Positions 1-12,056 of a stretch of 64,000 nucleotides of DNA are shown here, one piece after another (within the stretch, counting starts at the first letter, position 1; each line of letters starts with the position of its first letter). The notes under the pieces are model-generated. The model was not told the DNA's origin and searched no databases. It saw only the letters and a list, made by a program, of their open reading frames with translations. The stretch spans positions 406,286,001 to 406,350,000 of the forward strand of contig OZ024740.1 of the NCBI GenBank assembly GCA_964016885.1, in the 5' to 3' direction. Position numbers and translations under genes: made by a program. Source of the DNA: Eledone cirrhosa. Its lineage: Eukaryota.

Positions 1-345
1 GTGTCTGATAAAATAAAGTACCAGTCATGTATTGGATCAATGTAAGGAACTTCCCCACCCCCAAAATTGTTGGCCTTGTGCCTAAAGTAGAAATCATTAT
101 TTTGAATTGGCAAGGTTAGTGTTTTGGCAGAATCATTAGAGCATCAAGAAAAATGTCTCACAGTATTTAGTTACTGCTTTTTACGCTAATTTGAAGTTCA
201 AATCCTAGTGAGGACACCTTTGCCTTTCATCCTTCAGAAGAGGTGGAGTCGGTAAAATAAAGTACCAATAAAATGTTGGTATCAATATACTCAACTGTTT
301 CATCCCACCAATATTTCTGGCCTTGCACCTATGTTAGAAAATATA
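1..345 (+). mobile_element. Two degenerate tandem copies of tRNA-derived SINE family A
   Basis: Motifs gttcaaatcc (B box-like), ctttgcctttcatcctt, gataaaataaagtaccag and ggccttgtgcc...tagaaa match the young copies at 11862 and 27150. Confidence 0.7.
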
Positions 346-1399
346 ATTTTAAAGAAAGCAAATGTATATCATATAAGCAGATTTTATACATATATGTGTG
401 TTAATATTAGGGTCGTTGTCTTATAGGATATTAAATCATACATATGAACATCTCCACCTTTATGTTATCGGTATTTCTTCACCTATAGGTATATCAACAC
501 CATGCAATTCACCAGAGGAATTAGTCAATGAAAGTAATAGTCAGGTCCCAATCAATCAAAGATGGTTAATCTATCATAAAATTAAAATTTGAATGATTTT
601 TTTTTAAATCATATATGTGAGTATATGAAAAAAAAATCAAAATATACCTGAAGAGACAACTATTTCCCAATAAAATCTAATAAATGCAATCATCTTCAGA
701 TGAATTCAAACTAGGAATCTTTATAGCAAGCACTACATAAGTTGACATAAGATACTTCATTCTATTGTCAAAACTAACTTTGATACTTACAAACAAAATA
801 TTTTGCTTCAAGAAATCCTGTTTCTGGGAATGATAGTATCCACTGGTGTCAATATAATATCAAATCATTCAGCATTTTAAAAACAAGCACAAAAAACAAT
901 GCCAAGAAACACTCCCTACAAATATAAGAATACATCCCTATACACACATCATCCTAAACAATCACCAATATATACACAAATGCTGTAACAAGCACACACA
1001 TGCTCTCTCTCTAATTCTGAAATGTAATATTTTAGATGTAGAGATATTTTTTCCATCCTATATTAAAAATAGTATATTGCTGATGTAAATATTGAGATAA
1101 TATATTTACTTTTCAATTTATGCCTTTGTAAATTTGATTATTCCATGCTAGCATTAAATCAAATGGACTAGGAAATAGGAAAGGAAGACCACCAAGAAAA
1201 ATTGAATAAAAAGAAAAGTAGAGAATTAGCTAAATGGAGTGAAAGTATACAAAAATATGGAAGATGGCAGTGACTAAATACAAAATATTCATATTAATGA
1301 AACTACTAAAAAGATAAATCAGAATAGCATGGGGGGGGGGGGGGGGGGGGTATTGTAGTCCTTTGGTTCATAGGACTATGAAAATTATATATAAACATG

Positions 1400-1690
1400 G
1401 AAAGAATCTGATGGTGAGGAAGACTAAGAAAAAGCTTGGCAGAGATGGTTAGAGCTGATCTCCAAATGCCGAACCTCACAGAGGAAATGAGGAATACTAT
1501 GACTGGACGAGAAGGAGGGGTGGCTTTGTTAGAAAAGACCCATCCAACTCATGCTAGCATGAAGAAACAGGCAAAGGAGGATGAGGATGATTAGGAGGAG
1601 GATGAGGAGGATGAGGATGATGATGATGATGATGATGATGAGGGTGGTGGTGGTGGTGGTGGTAGTGATGGTGATGATGATGATGATTTA
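1400..1690 (+). mobile_element. Degenerate 3' end of RTE LINE with (GAT)n tail
   Basis: ggaagactaagaaaaagcttgg...gctgatctc resembles the GRP-KTW...DL C-terminus of the RTE ORF; catgctagcatg plus GAT/GGT tail resembles the tail at 12057-12110 (reverse strand). Confidence 0.55.
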
Positions 1691-2122
1691 ATGTAGTAAG
1701 ATGTATCAAAACCAGAGTTTCTTCTTTTCATTCAAATCCTTCAGATCTCAGTATAAGAATTCCACAGGTTAGGTGTTGTAACCTCATCACAAGTATTACA
1801 AATTAAGAAATTGAAAATGCTGAAGCTAAAATACTAAGAGGATCACAGGTGCCCACATTCCAGTAATAAAAGTTACTTATATTAAGAATACAAATAAGAA
1901 TTTAATATATAGAGACAGCAACAATTCAGTACACAAAGAGTGGATTTAGCATTTCAGATAGACAAGAAGAAATTTGATACTTTGTATATAACGTGGAAAG
2001 AGATAGAAGGCTAAACAATGCAAAATGGACTGTAAGATGAGGAAACGAAAAGTAAATTACCTGGTTTTTTTTTTGTTTTTGTTTTTGCACAATAGTGCAA
2101 AGACATGACCACAGTATATGTA

Positions 2123-3069
2123 CCGTATATACTCAAATATAAGCTGACCTCTCTTTCCAAATCCTATTTTATGTCTGAGAATGAGCAAAAACTCAAACCC
2201 CATTTATAAACCAAAGCAACTAATAAACACATTATGCTTATTAGTTGTGGTTTTGAAATTCTCATGAGTAGAAAATATATTTATGAAGTTTTAATATTTC
2301 GATGTTTAATATGTTTTAATCATTTAGCATTTAAACCATCTGTATCTGGCCAGAATTCTCTCATCTCTTTCTGCTCAAATCGGCTGTAATCAGCCGCTCA
2401 TACTGATGTCAAGGTATTGTTCTCAAAATAAATAATATCAAAATCTCATAGATTCAATATTATGTGAGATAATTATGTGAGGTAAAGCCTTTACCGAGAA
2501 AATATAATAGTAAATATAGAGTAATGTAAATGCTAAAGAGTTAAGTGTCTTTAGAGTATAGTTTTTGCTTCACAACTCCATTACTTAATGAGTTTCCATT
2601 ATGTTAAGTTTCAACAAGTTACTTGAATTTTTGTTACTCACATGCTGTATTTACTTTGAAAGCAAAAGATCAAATAAGAGAACTTTGTATAGAGATTCAT
2701 AGAGTCGAAGAGGGAGGGAGAGACAGCAAATGGGAAGAGTAATAAAACAGTAGGATTTCAATTTTATGTAAAATTGAAAGAAAAAGTATTATTAAGTCGG
2801 AGAAAAACGTATGTGTGTGTGCACGTGTGTATGGGATGTTTATGTACTATAAAGTTTAAATTATAAAAATTTGTTGGAAATATTTTCAAGGGAATGCGTA
2901 AATAATACTAGTAACGATGTAGTAAAAATAGAAAAACAGTGTTTTACTGTAAAATAATCACTTCAGAGATTTTAGCACCTTCTTTATGTAGAATTTGAAG
3001 TTGGTGAAAATCAGCAAAATTGAATATAAGTCAGCCCACATTTTACTGCTTATATTCAAGTGTATGCAG
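2123..3069. mobile_element. Old non-autonomous Tc2/pogo-like DNA transposon
   Basis: taccgtatatactcaaatataagc (2121) versus reverse complement of gcttatattcaagtgtatgcagta (ends 3071): 19/24 match, TA on both sides; CCGTA-type TIR start. Confidence 0.6.
2316..2544 (+). mobile_element. TTAA-flanked MITE family 1 (piggyBac-like termini), nested in the Tc2-like relic
   Basis: ttaa..tttagcattta / taaatgctaaagagttaa TIRs; homologous to 10725-10938 and 25649-25863. Confidence 0.8.
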
Positions 3070-3984
3070 TAAGTCTGTACAGCTAAGATATGTAAGTGTA
3101 TACAACTAAGATATAAGCACAAAGGTGCTTAGATAAATAACTTATTTATAGGAAAGGAGGTGCGATGGAAATTATTAAAACATGTACAATCTGCAAAACC
3201 TTTATAAAACATTTCTTGATAAAACAAATTCTAGACATGAAAAATATCTTAAAACTTATATTCCTTGGTGACCACCATTACAGGTTTGTATTTAATACCA
3301 ATAAAATATCCACACAGCCAATTTGCTTCGACTATAAGATAATAGTACTATATTATATTAACTCAGTTGTTTTCTCTCATTGGGGTGCAGGAAAGTACTC
3401 ACATCAACAATATATGTGAATGTTCAAAAATTTGGGAGAGAAATACTTGGTTAAGCTACCATAGGAAATGATGAATGAAGAAAGTGAAAAAAAAATTTCT
3501 TCTGGTTACAGTTTGCCAAACAATACTTCCAATAGATGTGAAGCTATCTAAAAATAACATTAACTTATAAATATGCAAGAAAATATATAGTTTAAAATAG
3601 TTTGTTCAGTACTTCATCTCAAACATGGTTATCTGCCTTCATTTTCTTTTTCTTTAATTTATGGATATCTAAGAAACTACTACTATGTTCCATTAATGCT
3701 TTATATGCAAAACCTAAATATATAGACTACAGACATGCATACATGTGTGTGCGTGGATGTGTGTGTACAAACAGTCTATTTTTAGAACTGTTGAGTGAGT
3801 TATGAATTTTGAATATTAAGTTAACGTTTTTATTTTTGGACGCTTTCATAGAAAAAAAAGTGTATTGAAGTCATTAACTCTAAGTTAATGTAATATTCAA
3901 TGTGTGCATGTGTGTGTGTCTGTGGACATGTTATTTCTGAGAGAGTTGTAAGGGTACCATAGTGACAAACTGTAACTTAGGGAT

Positions 3985-4190
3985 TAAACCTGGCAGAGCC
4001 TATCCCCTAGCCAGGTGTGAACACAGCTGATTTCTTTCAGAGAGAGGAGTGAGTGAGAATGAGATATACATGAAGAATCAACCTGGTACTGGACAGGTAC
4101 TTTTCATCAACCTCAAAAGGATGAGAGGTAAGTTTTACCCCAGAATACTACAAAGCATTCTATCCAGTGTTCTAACAACTCTACTATATT
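3985..4190 (-). mobile_element. SINE family B (central domain like family A, different tail)
   Basis: taaacctggcagagcc...gatttctt...GA-rich tract...gtact...tcaacctcaaaaggatga; similar to 7511 and 15440. Confidence 0.55.
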
Positions 4191-5527
4191 TCTAATGGTG
4201 AATTGGCAATGAAAAGGTTAATGAGAACAAAGAATACTGGCGATCAAGGCTCCAATGATTCTCTCATGTTACTCACTGTATGCCATTAAAAACTAATTTT
4301 CCTAAGAGAACAACACAAATGAACTAGGTTGGTCACTAATCAAGAAACCACTATTCCCTTTTCTTTCTCCCCTCATTAGTTCTCATGCCTTGCTTTAATA
4401 CTGTGTTTTTATACATTGAATGAACATCAAACATAGCCACAGTTAACTAACTGCTCAATTAATCCATCCTCATTGCAAAAATAGCTCTCATTAATACTCT
4501 CCTAAATAATTCAGTATTCCAGGAAAATAATGTAATGAGCAGATTATTGAACCAAATAAAGCCAATCCTTTCTTTCATTTGTGTATTAAATAACAGTGTC
4601 CCATGATTATAACAATGAAGATATATGAAGACAAACCTAAAACAGTTTAAAGGGCTCAAGGAAATTCATGCTTCAAGGAAATTCAATACTCAGGTTCTTT
4701 TTATTTGTTTCTTGTTGTTGTTTTGTTTACTTCAAACACAACTTCAGTTGGTTTCTTTTATTCATATTATTTAGTCACTCCAAATAAAAGTTGATCTTAT
4801 CTTGCTCTAAGTCTAAACTGTTTATTTTCTTTGTTTAGGCCATCTTGATTATATCAGTTTGTATCTGTATCCACTGTATTTAACTTAACACAATTTTGTC
4901 TATGCTGTTAACATGACCATCTCATTATGATTTTTATTTGATAAAAGTAACTTATCTTCAGCTGCTATTTCGCGTGCGTGCATACGTGCATGAAAAATCT
5001 TTCTAGATACAGAACAATAAGCTTCCTCTTATACGAGAGAGAGAGAGAGAGAGTATTTGTATGTGTGTGTGGTCACACACACTGGCTGAAATATCCTGAG
5101 CATGATGTAATTTTCTTCTAATTTTGGTTTATTTGTCTGTTTTTTTTTTTTTGTTCCGCTTCATGTTTTTGCGATTTTTCTTAACCTTTTTATACACATA
5201 TCCATTTAGAATTATTTCGTCTAATAGCCTTTTATTTTAATATATACAGACTTCCTGCTAATGTCCTGAAAGTGTGTCAACACCAACTTGCATCTCCCCT
5301 AGCTAAACTGTGGAGAGCTTACTGGAACACATATATATACGTATATATATATATATATATACATGTATAAATGATGATGAACCAATAACATGTTTATATT
5401 TCATTTCAAAATTTTCAAAAATAGACCAAAAGAGAAAACCACATTAAAAAAAAAAAATGTTAACATCTGCAACTAAAGGTAAATATAAACTTAATAGTTT
5501 ATTTTAAAATTTTACTTCCTCCATTAG

Positions 5528-5756
5528 TTAAGCCTTTCATTACTGTATTCTAATGAACTACACTGTGTTTGAATAAATTACTGAAGAATTTGGAAGGATT
5601 TATTAAAATTATTACTTAGATAGTAACTTAATATATAGTTCTCATTTAAAACTATATATTAGAAGATTCCAATATATATAGGATCCCTTTCAAATGGGTG
5701 GTTTTGTTTCATAGAAACTGAAGCTGTTTTGGGAGGGTTTGTATCAAAAAGGTTAA
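5528..5756 (+). mobile_element. TTAA-flanked MITE family 2
   Basis: ttaagcctttcattac ... gtatcaaaaaggttaa; homologous to 6306, 17597 and 26584. Confidence 0.65.
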
Positions 5757-6305
5757 ATACATGATTATACCCCAAACAAAATGTTTAAACAAATTATAAT
5801 GCCCAATCGCTTTAAAACTGTTGATAGACAAAAATTATTTCAAATAAAAATAAAAATTTTTAAATGATCAAAGATACTTGCCACTTGTACATTGATATTT
5901 ATATATCTGTATAAACTAGAAAATTAGAACTTTGTTCTCTAAGTATGATTGTATGCTAAAAATAACTCAGGTAAACAATATTTTAAATAAATTTATTCAA
6001 TAGGTGAGATATCCTAAAATAGAATAATTAAAAGTGTCTAATTAAATTAAAACTATTGCTTTTACAAACATTTTTTTTGTCAGCGTTCACTGCTCCAACA
6101 AAACTTTTTCACTATTTTACTGTTTTATTCAAGAGGAAGGAAGAGTACAACCTATGGTTATTTTCAGGATGAAGGTGGGGCTTCAAGACTGGTTGGAGGA
6201 AGGAAGATATCCCCAAACCACAAACCCTGCCCAAATGCTTGTAACAGAGTGAACCCTACTAAAAGCATCCAAGAGTCAGGTGTTGGTGCTAAATTGGGTG
6301 ACAGC

Positions 6306-6525
6306 TTAACTCGATACCAACCCACCCAAAACAACCTCATGTTCTATGAAACAAAACCATTTTAAAAAGTTCAAATCTTCTAATATAATTTTATATAAGA
6401 ACTATACATTAAGTTACTATCTTACTAACAAAATAATTAATAATTTTAGCAAATCCTTCAAAATTTTTCATTAATTAATTGAAATAGAGTGTATTTCATT
6501 ATAAAAACTGTCATAGAAGGGCTAA
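6306..6525 (-). mobile_element. TTAA-flanked MITE family 2
   Basis: gataccaacccacccaaaaca...ttctatgaaacaaaacca is the reverse complement of about 5700-5745. Confidence 0.6.
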
Positions 6526-7510
6526 GTCTTTAACCCAACTTACACCACTTTTTAAAATTTGTTTACAAAATATTTCAGACCCAAGAAAAACAATCTCATA
6601 TTAAAAGTAAAACATACAATTCCCTTTCAATAAAGAACACCAGACACATATTTATTTTCTTAGATTTATACCAGTAGCGTCCTCTAGCTAGTGAAACAAT
6701 GTGAGGGCATTATAATATAGTAAACTTAAGGAAGTAACATTCAATTCGATAGAATCTGAAGTAGAAGGCAAAAAGGATACCTCTATATAACTGTTTGAAC
6801 AGCAAGAAGCAACAGCCAAATTGCTCTCAAAACACACCCTTTTGTTTTAAAAAAGAAGAGTACACTGGATAATATAGTCGTAGATAAACTATATCTGGAA
6901 ACAAGATAAGATGGTCAAAGCTGAAATATCTTTTGATCAAAGGTCTGCTTGATCAAAGCTGACAAAAAAGACACATAGTAAAGAGCCAATTATATAAATA
7001 CAATTGGAAAGCAATTAAACAACCTTCATTTGACAATCCTTTTCATATCAAATTAGCCAGATAAAATTCAAATAACATGTTAGCAATGATAGTAGGCTAA
7101 AGATCAATTTGGTAAAAATAGAGTAACTGTTTTGGTCAATTTATATAATTAATGAACATGTAGAAATGTTAGTTTTCCCACATTTGACAGTCAGATCATG
7201 ATCAAACAATTACAAACAGAAACCCAAATATGTGTTATCCAGCATTTGGGTAACCCATATTTAGTAGGAAACAACCACATTTTGAAATATAAAGTTATAA
7301 TGAATGCATCAATCCAATAATGAAATACTTTAGAAAAGCGGAACCTCACAAAGAAGTTATAAAATAACAGCAAGAGGACTCTAGTTTGTATCATGTTGGG
7401 AATGGTTCTGTAAAAATTGATTCTAAGATATACAAATGTAGTGTATGTGTAAATGAACCCCTAACTCCTGATGGAATCAGAGCGGCACCATAGTGGCATA
7501 CAGCATGTCT

Positions 7511-7690
7511 TTTAAACCTGGCAGAGCCCCCTCTTGAGGTTTGAACAGAACTGATTTCTTCCAAAGAAGAAGAAATAGTGTGATAGAGAGGAAGTGAGAA
7601 AGAAATATGGAGGGAAAATAGACTCCAGTACTGAACTATTTTTTTAAATTTGTTATTGACTTCGAAAGGATTGACATGCACAGCCGAGTT
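7511..7690 (-). mobile_element. SINE family B
   Basis: aaacctggcagagccc...tgatttcttccaaag...GA-rich...ccagtact; similar to 3985 and 15440. Confidence 0.55.
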
Positions 7691-7769
7691 GGAAGTGGTA
7701 TCACAACTAACAGGTGTAAAATCAGTTGGCTGGAATTGCAGATGATATGGTGTCACTGAACTTGACAGA

Positions 7770-8495
7770 AAGTGATCTCTGACTTGCACTTGATAGGTTT
7801 GATGCCAAGTGCTGCATTGCTGGAATGAAAATCAGTGCTGCAAAAATGGAGACACTTGTCCTCTCAAGGAAGCCTGTGCAGTATCTCAGAGCCGTGTTCA
7901 TGAGTGATGGAAGGCAGGAGGCTGAATTAAGTGTAAGGATTGCAGGAGCTGATGCAGAAATGAGCCAGCTTCAGTATTTGGTAATCAGAAGAAGGGAGGT
8001 AGGTGAAGAAGCCAAACTCACTATCTTCAATTTGGTATTCATGTCAACCCTTACCTATGGTCATGAATCTTGGATAATGACTGAAAGAATACAAAACAGC
8101 CAAAATAGGGTTCCTCTGAAGGGTCTCTGGAGTTTCAATTAGCAATAACCACGCCCCGGATATACCTCATTGGCCATGGTACCGCCTCTGTGCAAAGCTG
8201 GAGTAAGAATACTAAATAGAGTGTATAGTTTGGAGATCAGTGAGTCACTCCAGATAGAACCACTACTTCTCCAAATTGAGAGATCACAACTCCGATACTA
8301 TGGGTATGTGGCTGGAGACCCAAGGGTAGATCCTGAACAAGATGGTTGGATAACATCCATAAGCTTGGCTGGTCTCGCTTAGAGATCCTGCCAGATCAGT
8401 TGCAGACAGTTGCTTCTGACAGGACCCACTGGAAGGAGTATTTGAGGACTCTGCCCCCACAACCCTCCAAAGAATAAGTGGGAAATAAGATGAAA
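7770..8495 (+). pseudogene. Decayed RTE/Expander-type LINE 3' fragment (RT C-terminal region)
   Basis: Frames give GMKISAAKMETLVLSRK..YL..VFMSDGR, TLTYGHESWIMT and EPLLLQIERSQLRYYG; frameshifted, interrupted by the U4 copy. Confidence 0.8.
8133..8199 (-). pseudogene. U4: 3'-truncated U4 snRNA retrocopy (5' 67 nt)
   Basis: Minus strand reads AGCTTTGCACAGAGGCGGTACCATGGCCAATGAGGTATATCCGGGGCGTGGTTATTGCTAATTGAAA, about 57/67 identical to metazoan U4 as recalled from memory; flanked by direct repeat ctggagt (8127-8133, 8198-8204); lacks Sm site. Confidence 0.9.
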
Positions 8496-8978
8496 GTCAA
8501 AATTGACATCAGAAGGTTTAGACCCATGACACAGAGAATTGGAACAAACACTGCAAAGTATTCTCTCTGACGTTCTAATGACTTTGCCAATTCACCCTGG
8601 TTACCATTATAATCAATATGATTGTAAGAGATTATTAAAAAGGTTAGCACCATCAAAGACTTCTGGTTGTAAAAAAATAAAATTAAAATAAAAGACCTTG
8701 TGTAATGGGGTCCACAAAACTAACCCCTGCTTTGTTGTTGTATCACAATGATCAGTAATATAAAGGAAGGACCTGATTAAAAGATGGCCTGTACTAATTG
8801 TCTAGACCACAAGATGTAATGTAGCATTCAGATTGAAACTAATGGAAAAAACATTAACTACATACACTTTATAAATTGTCTATGTTATAGTTGATTAGAT
8901 TAATTAATATTGCAGACATAATAAAAGAGATAGAAATCCTGTCTCTCAACCTAAACATGGGCTACTCTAATCCTCAAT

Positions 8979-9101
8979 CATTCTGAGTTCAAATCTCGCC
9001 GAGGTTAACTTTGCCTTTCATCCTTGTGGGGTTGATAACATAAAGTACCAGCAATACACTGGTGAATTGCTGGCCTTGTGCCAAAAGTAGAAACAATTAT
9101 T
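8979..9101 (+). mobile_element. SINE family A, 5'-truncated
   Basis: cattctgagttcaaatctcgccgaggttaactttgcctttcatcc...gtagaaacaattatt. Confidence 0.85.
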
Positions 9102-9436
9102 ATCATCATTTCTATATGTATTTCCTATGCTAGCAAGGGCTGGACATGACTTTTTGAGGCAGTTTTCTATAGCTGGACCCTTCTTCGTGACAACCTTTAT
9201 TTTTTTTTTTTTTTAACCCTAAGATTTTCACACACTGAACTGATGCATTGCAGAATTTTTGTTTATCATCATCATCATTTTTACATCCACTTTCCACACT
9301 GGCATCAATTAGACAGATTGTCATGGTCAGAGACCAGACAGAAATGAGTGATTTCATCTTGCTCATACATTCCATATATGGCATGTTTTCCTTGAAGTGT
9401 GAAAAAAAAAACGTAGATGCATATGTACATACTGAC

Positions 9437-9560
9437 TACCTGTTCTATTCGGTTTCCATCTACCAAATTAACTAACAAGGGATTGGTTGGCCTGAGTTTG
9501 GAGTAGAAGACATTTGAGCAATGTGCAACACAGTAGGATAGAACATGAAACCACAATATT
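9437..9560 (-). mobile_element. Degenerate tRNA-derived SINE family C (CORE-like)
   Basis: gtttccatctaccaaat...acaagg...gtagaagaca shared with 27878-28015. Confidence 0.55.
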
Positions 9561-10724
9561 TAAAGCAAATGTCTTAAATTATTAAAACCATCCAGTATAA
9601 TGCCAATACACATAAATAAAAATAGGTCTAAAGAGTAAAATATAGCTAACAGTATTTTGTTAACTTCATTCCTAGTTAGATAACATATCAGTTTATTAGA
9701 GTAACTCCATTCAGCTAATAGCAAAAAAAGAGATAACAGAACTCATAGTGTCACTTGGTAACAGAGCAATGACTTATCCAGATATTAACACACAGGAATC
9801 ATGGAGATGCTTCAACTGCTACTACATTGACTTTAAACATCTGATAATGATTTTGCAGAAAATATCCCAAAATAGATTTGTTAATTCAAATGATTACAGA
9901 ATCTTTACAAGTGGACAAATCATTGTGAAAAGTTGCAGTAAACTAAAGTAACAACTTTAATTTTGAAAAATATTAAATTAGATTGTTAAGATCTTTGCAA
10001 GTGAAGTTCAGATTATTTTGAAATTTTAGTTACTGAAGTATAGCTATGAAAAGGAGTTGCACATTAATTAAACTATATTAAAAGTGGTTGACATAGTAAA
10101 ATTGCCAGGCCATTGAATTTTTGTTCTGGTTCTCTATGTTCTAAGTTCAAGCCCAGCTGAGGTATATTTTGCTTTCCATCCTTTTGAGGTGCAGTACTCT
10201 CGTCTTTCAGCTGTCACATCCTTTATGTTCTACTAGATCAAGGGAGGAAGAGTCAAGGGGATGTCTGTGTCTGTTCATGACTGTATAAGCACTTAAACTC
10301 AATAGCAAAAGCATGGTACATGTTACCAAGTCATAGTAGTAATAATGTATTAAATACATCAGGTAATCAAAATCCCTTCTTAAAACACAAATGCAGCCTA
10401 ATCCCAGAATCATTTTAGAAAAATAATTGTCATCATATATAGCTGTAATATCAATTGCTCCACTAAGTTTAAACTTTATGGTGAGTTGCTTAACATTCCA
10501 GTTATGTATTACGTAAGTTCACTTTTCCCATATCCATCTTATACACCAACAGAACCTTCAATCACATAATTGACTAATGAAAGAATTATTGTGTAAAATA
10601 ATCTCTGGCTGGTATAAATTTTAGTATACGATGCATAACTAGAGGGTTTCTCCTGAGTATTCTATCAAATATTTTTATGCTATACAATTTACTCAATAAT
10701 CTGTCTAAAATTATTTTTCTTAAA

Positions 10725-10938
10725 TTAACTCTTTAACATTTATATTACTCTATATTTACTATCGTATTTTCACAGTAAAAACTTTATCTCACATAATATC
10801 GAAGCTATGCGATTTTGATATTTATGTTGAGAACAATACCTTAATATCACAGTGAGCGGCTGGTTGACAGCCAGTTAGAACAGAAAGAGGTGAGAGAATT
10901 CTGGCCGGATATGGCCAGTTTAAATGCTAAAGAGTTAA
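10725..10938 (-). mobile_element. TTAA-flanked MITE family 1
   Basis: ttaactctttaacattta ... taaatgctaaagagttaa; reverse complement of the 2316 and 25649 copies. Confidence 0.85.
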
Positions 10939-11407
10939 AAAAATTTCTCAGCATAAAAAAAATGGTTTTCTCTCTCATGCTAGAACAGATTAACCACTTC
11001 CACAAATTAAGACATATTCACATAGTAAAATGTGGCTTGTAAACAACATATTCGGGTAAATGTTCTAAGTTTTGAAGAGGTTTTAAGGGCCTACACTTAT
11101 CTCCTGTGTTATGATACAAAGTAGATATGAAATGAATCTCTCCTGGATAGAATGTGAGTGTATCTCTTGGATAATATTCCAAAATCATCTGGAATCAATT
11201 TATTTCAGTGAACTGAGGTGTGCAAAACTAAATATATAGCTGATATATACAAGGAAATACCAGAGTGGATGTTAACTGAAAACCAGTTAGCTGGTAACCC
11301 AATGTGTATCCACTTGGCTTTTTCATCTCCACCAGCATGTAGCCTCTCTAGAGTATTTTATATTAACATAAAAAAAAACAGATATCGACATAATTTGTTT
11401 CACTTTA

Positions 11408-11697
11408 ACACACGCGCATATATATACACACCACACACACATATATATACATACATACACATATACACACCACACACACATATATATACATACATACACA
11501 TATACACACCACACACGCATATATATATACATACATACACACCACACACGCATATATATATACATACACATATACATACACACCACACACGCATATATAT
11601 ATACACACACACCACACACGCATATATATATATACATACACATATACATATATATACACACCACACACACATATACATATACATATATATATATATG

Positions 11698-11732
<35 letters not shown>
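11408..11732. repeat. Compound CA/TA micro/minisatellite (about 30-36 bp units)
   Basis: Repeated cacaccacacacgcatatatatatacataca-like unit ending in pure (TA)n. Confidence 0.9.
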
Positions 11733-11739
<7 letters not shown>

Positions 11740-11861
11740 TATCATCATCGTCATCGTTTAATGTCTATTCTTCCTGCTAGAAGAGTTAAACAGGTAACAG
11801 ACTGGTCAGTAATCAAGTGGAGTCACTGACCTTTTATATAGAATTTTTAAAAATCATAAGT

Positions 11862-12052
11862 AATAATTGTTTCTACGTTAGGCACAAGGCCAGCAATTAC
11901 CCAGTGCATTACTGGTACTTTATTTTATCGACCCCGTAAGGATGCAAGGCAAAGTTAACCTCGGCGGGATTTGAACTCAGAATGGCAAGGGCCGTAACTA
12001 TGTGTCAAAGCATGGCGTCCGACCCTCTACCGATACTGCCAATCCACCGCCC
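11862..12052 (-). mobile_element. SINE family A, full-length young copy
   Basis: Minus strand ggcggtggattggcagtatcggtagag (A box-like)...gagttcaaatccc (B box)...tagaaacaattatt; TSD cataagtaataat, right copy split by the RTE. Confidence 0.9.
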
Positions 12053-12056
12053 ATAA

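Noticed and set aside
1331-1349. Poly-G run as a G-quadruplex element
   Set aside because: Isolated homopolymer within decayed repeat sequence, with no supporting context
10207-10445. Possible host exon on the minus strand
   Set aside because: No recognisable domain, no convincing splice pair and no neighbouring exons
11218-11829. His/Tyr/Thr-rich ORFs
   Set aside because: CA/TA minisatellite translation
11970-12052. tRNA gene
   Set aside because: The A/B-box-like motifs belong to a SINE head; no cloverleaf seen
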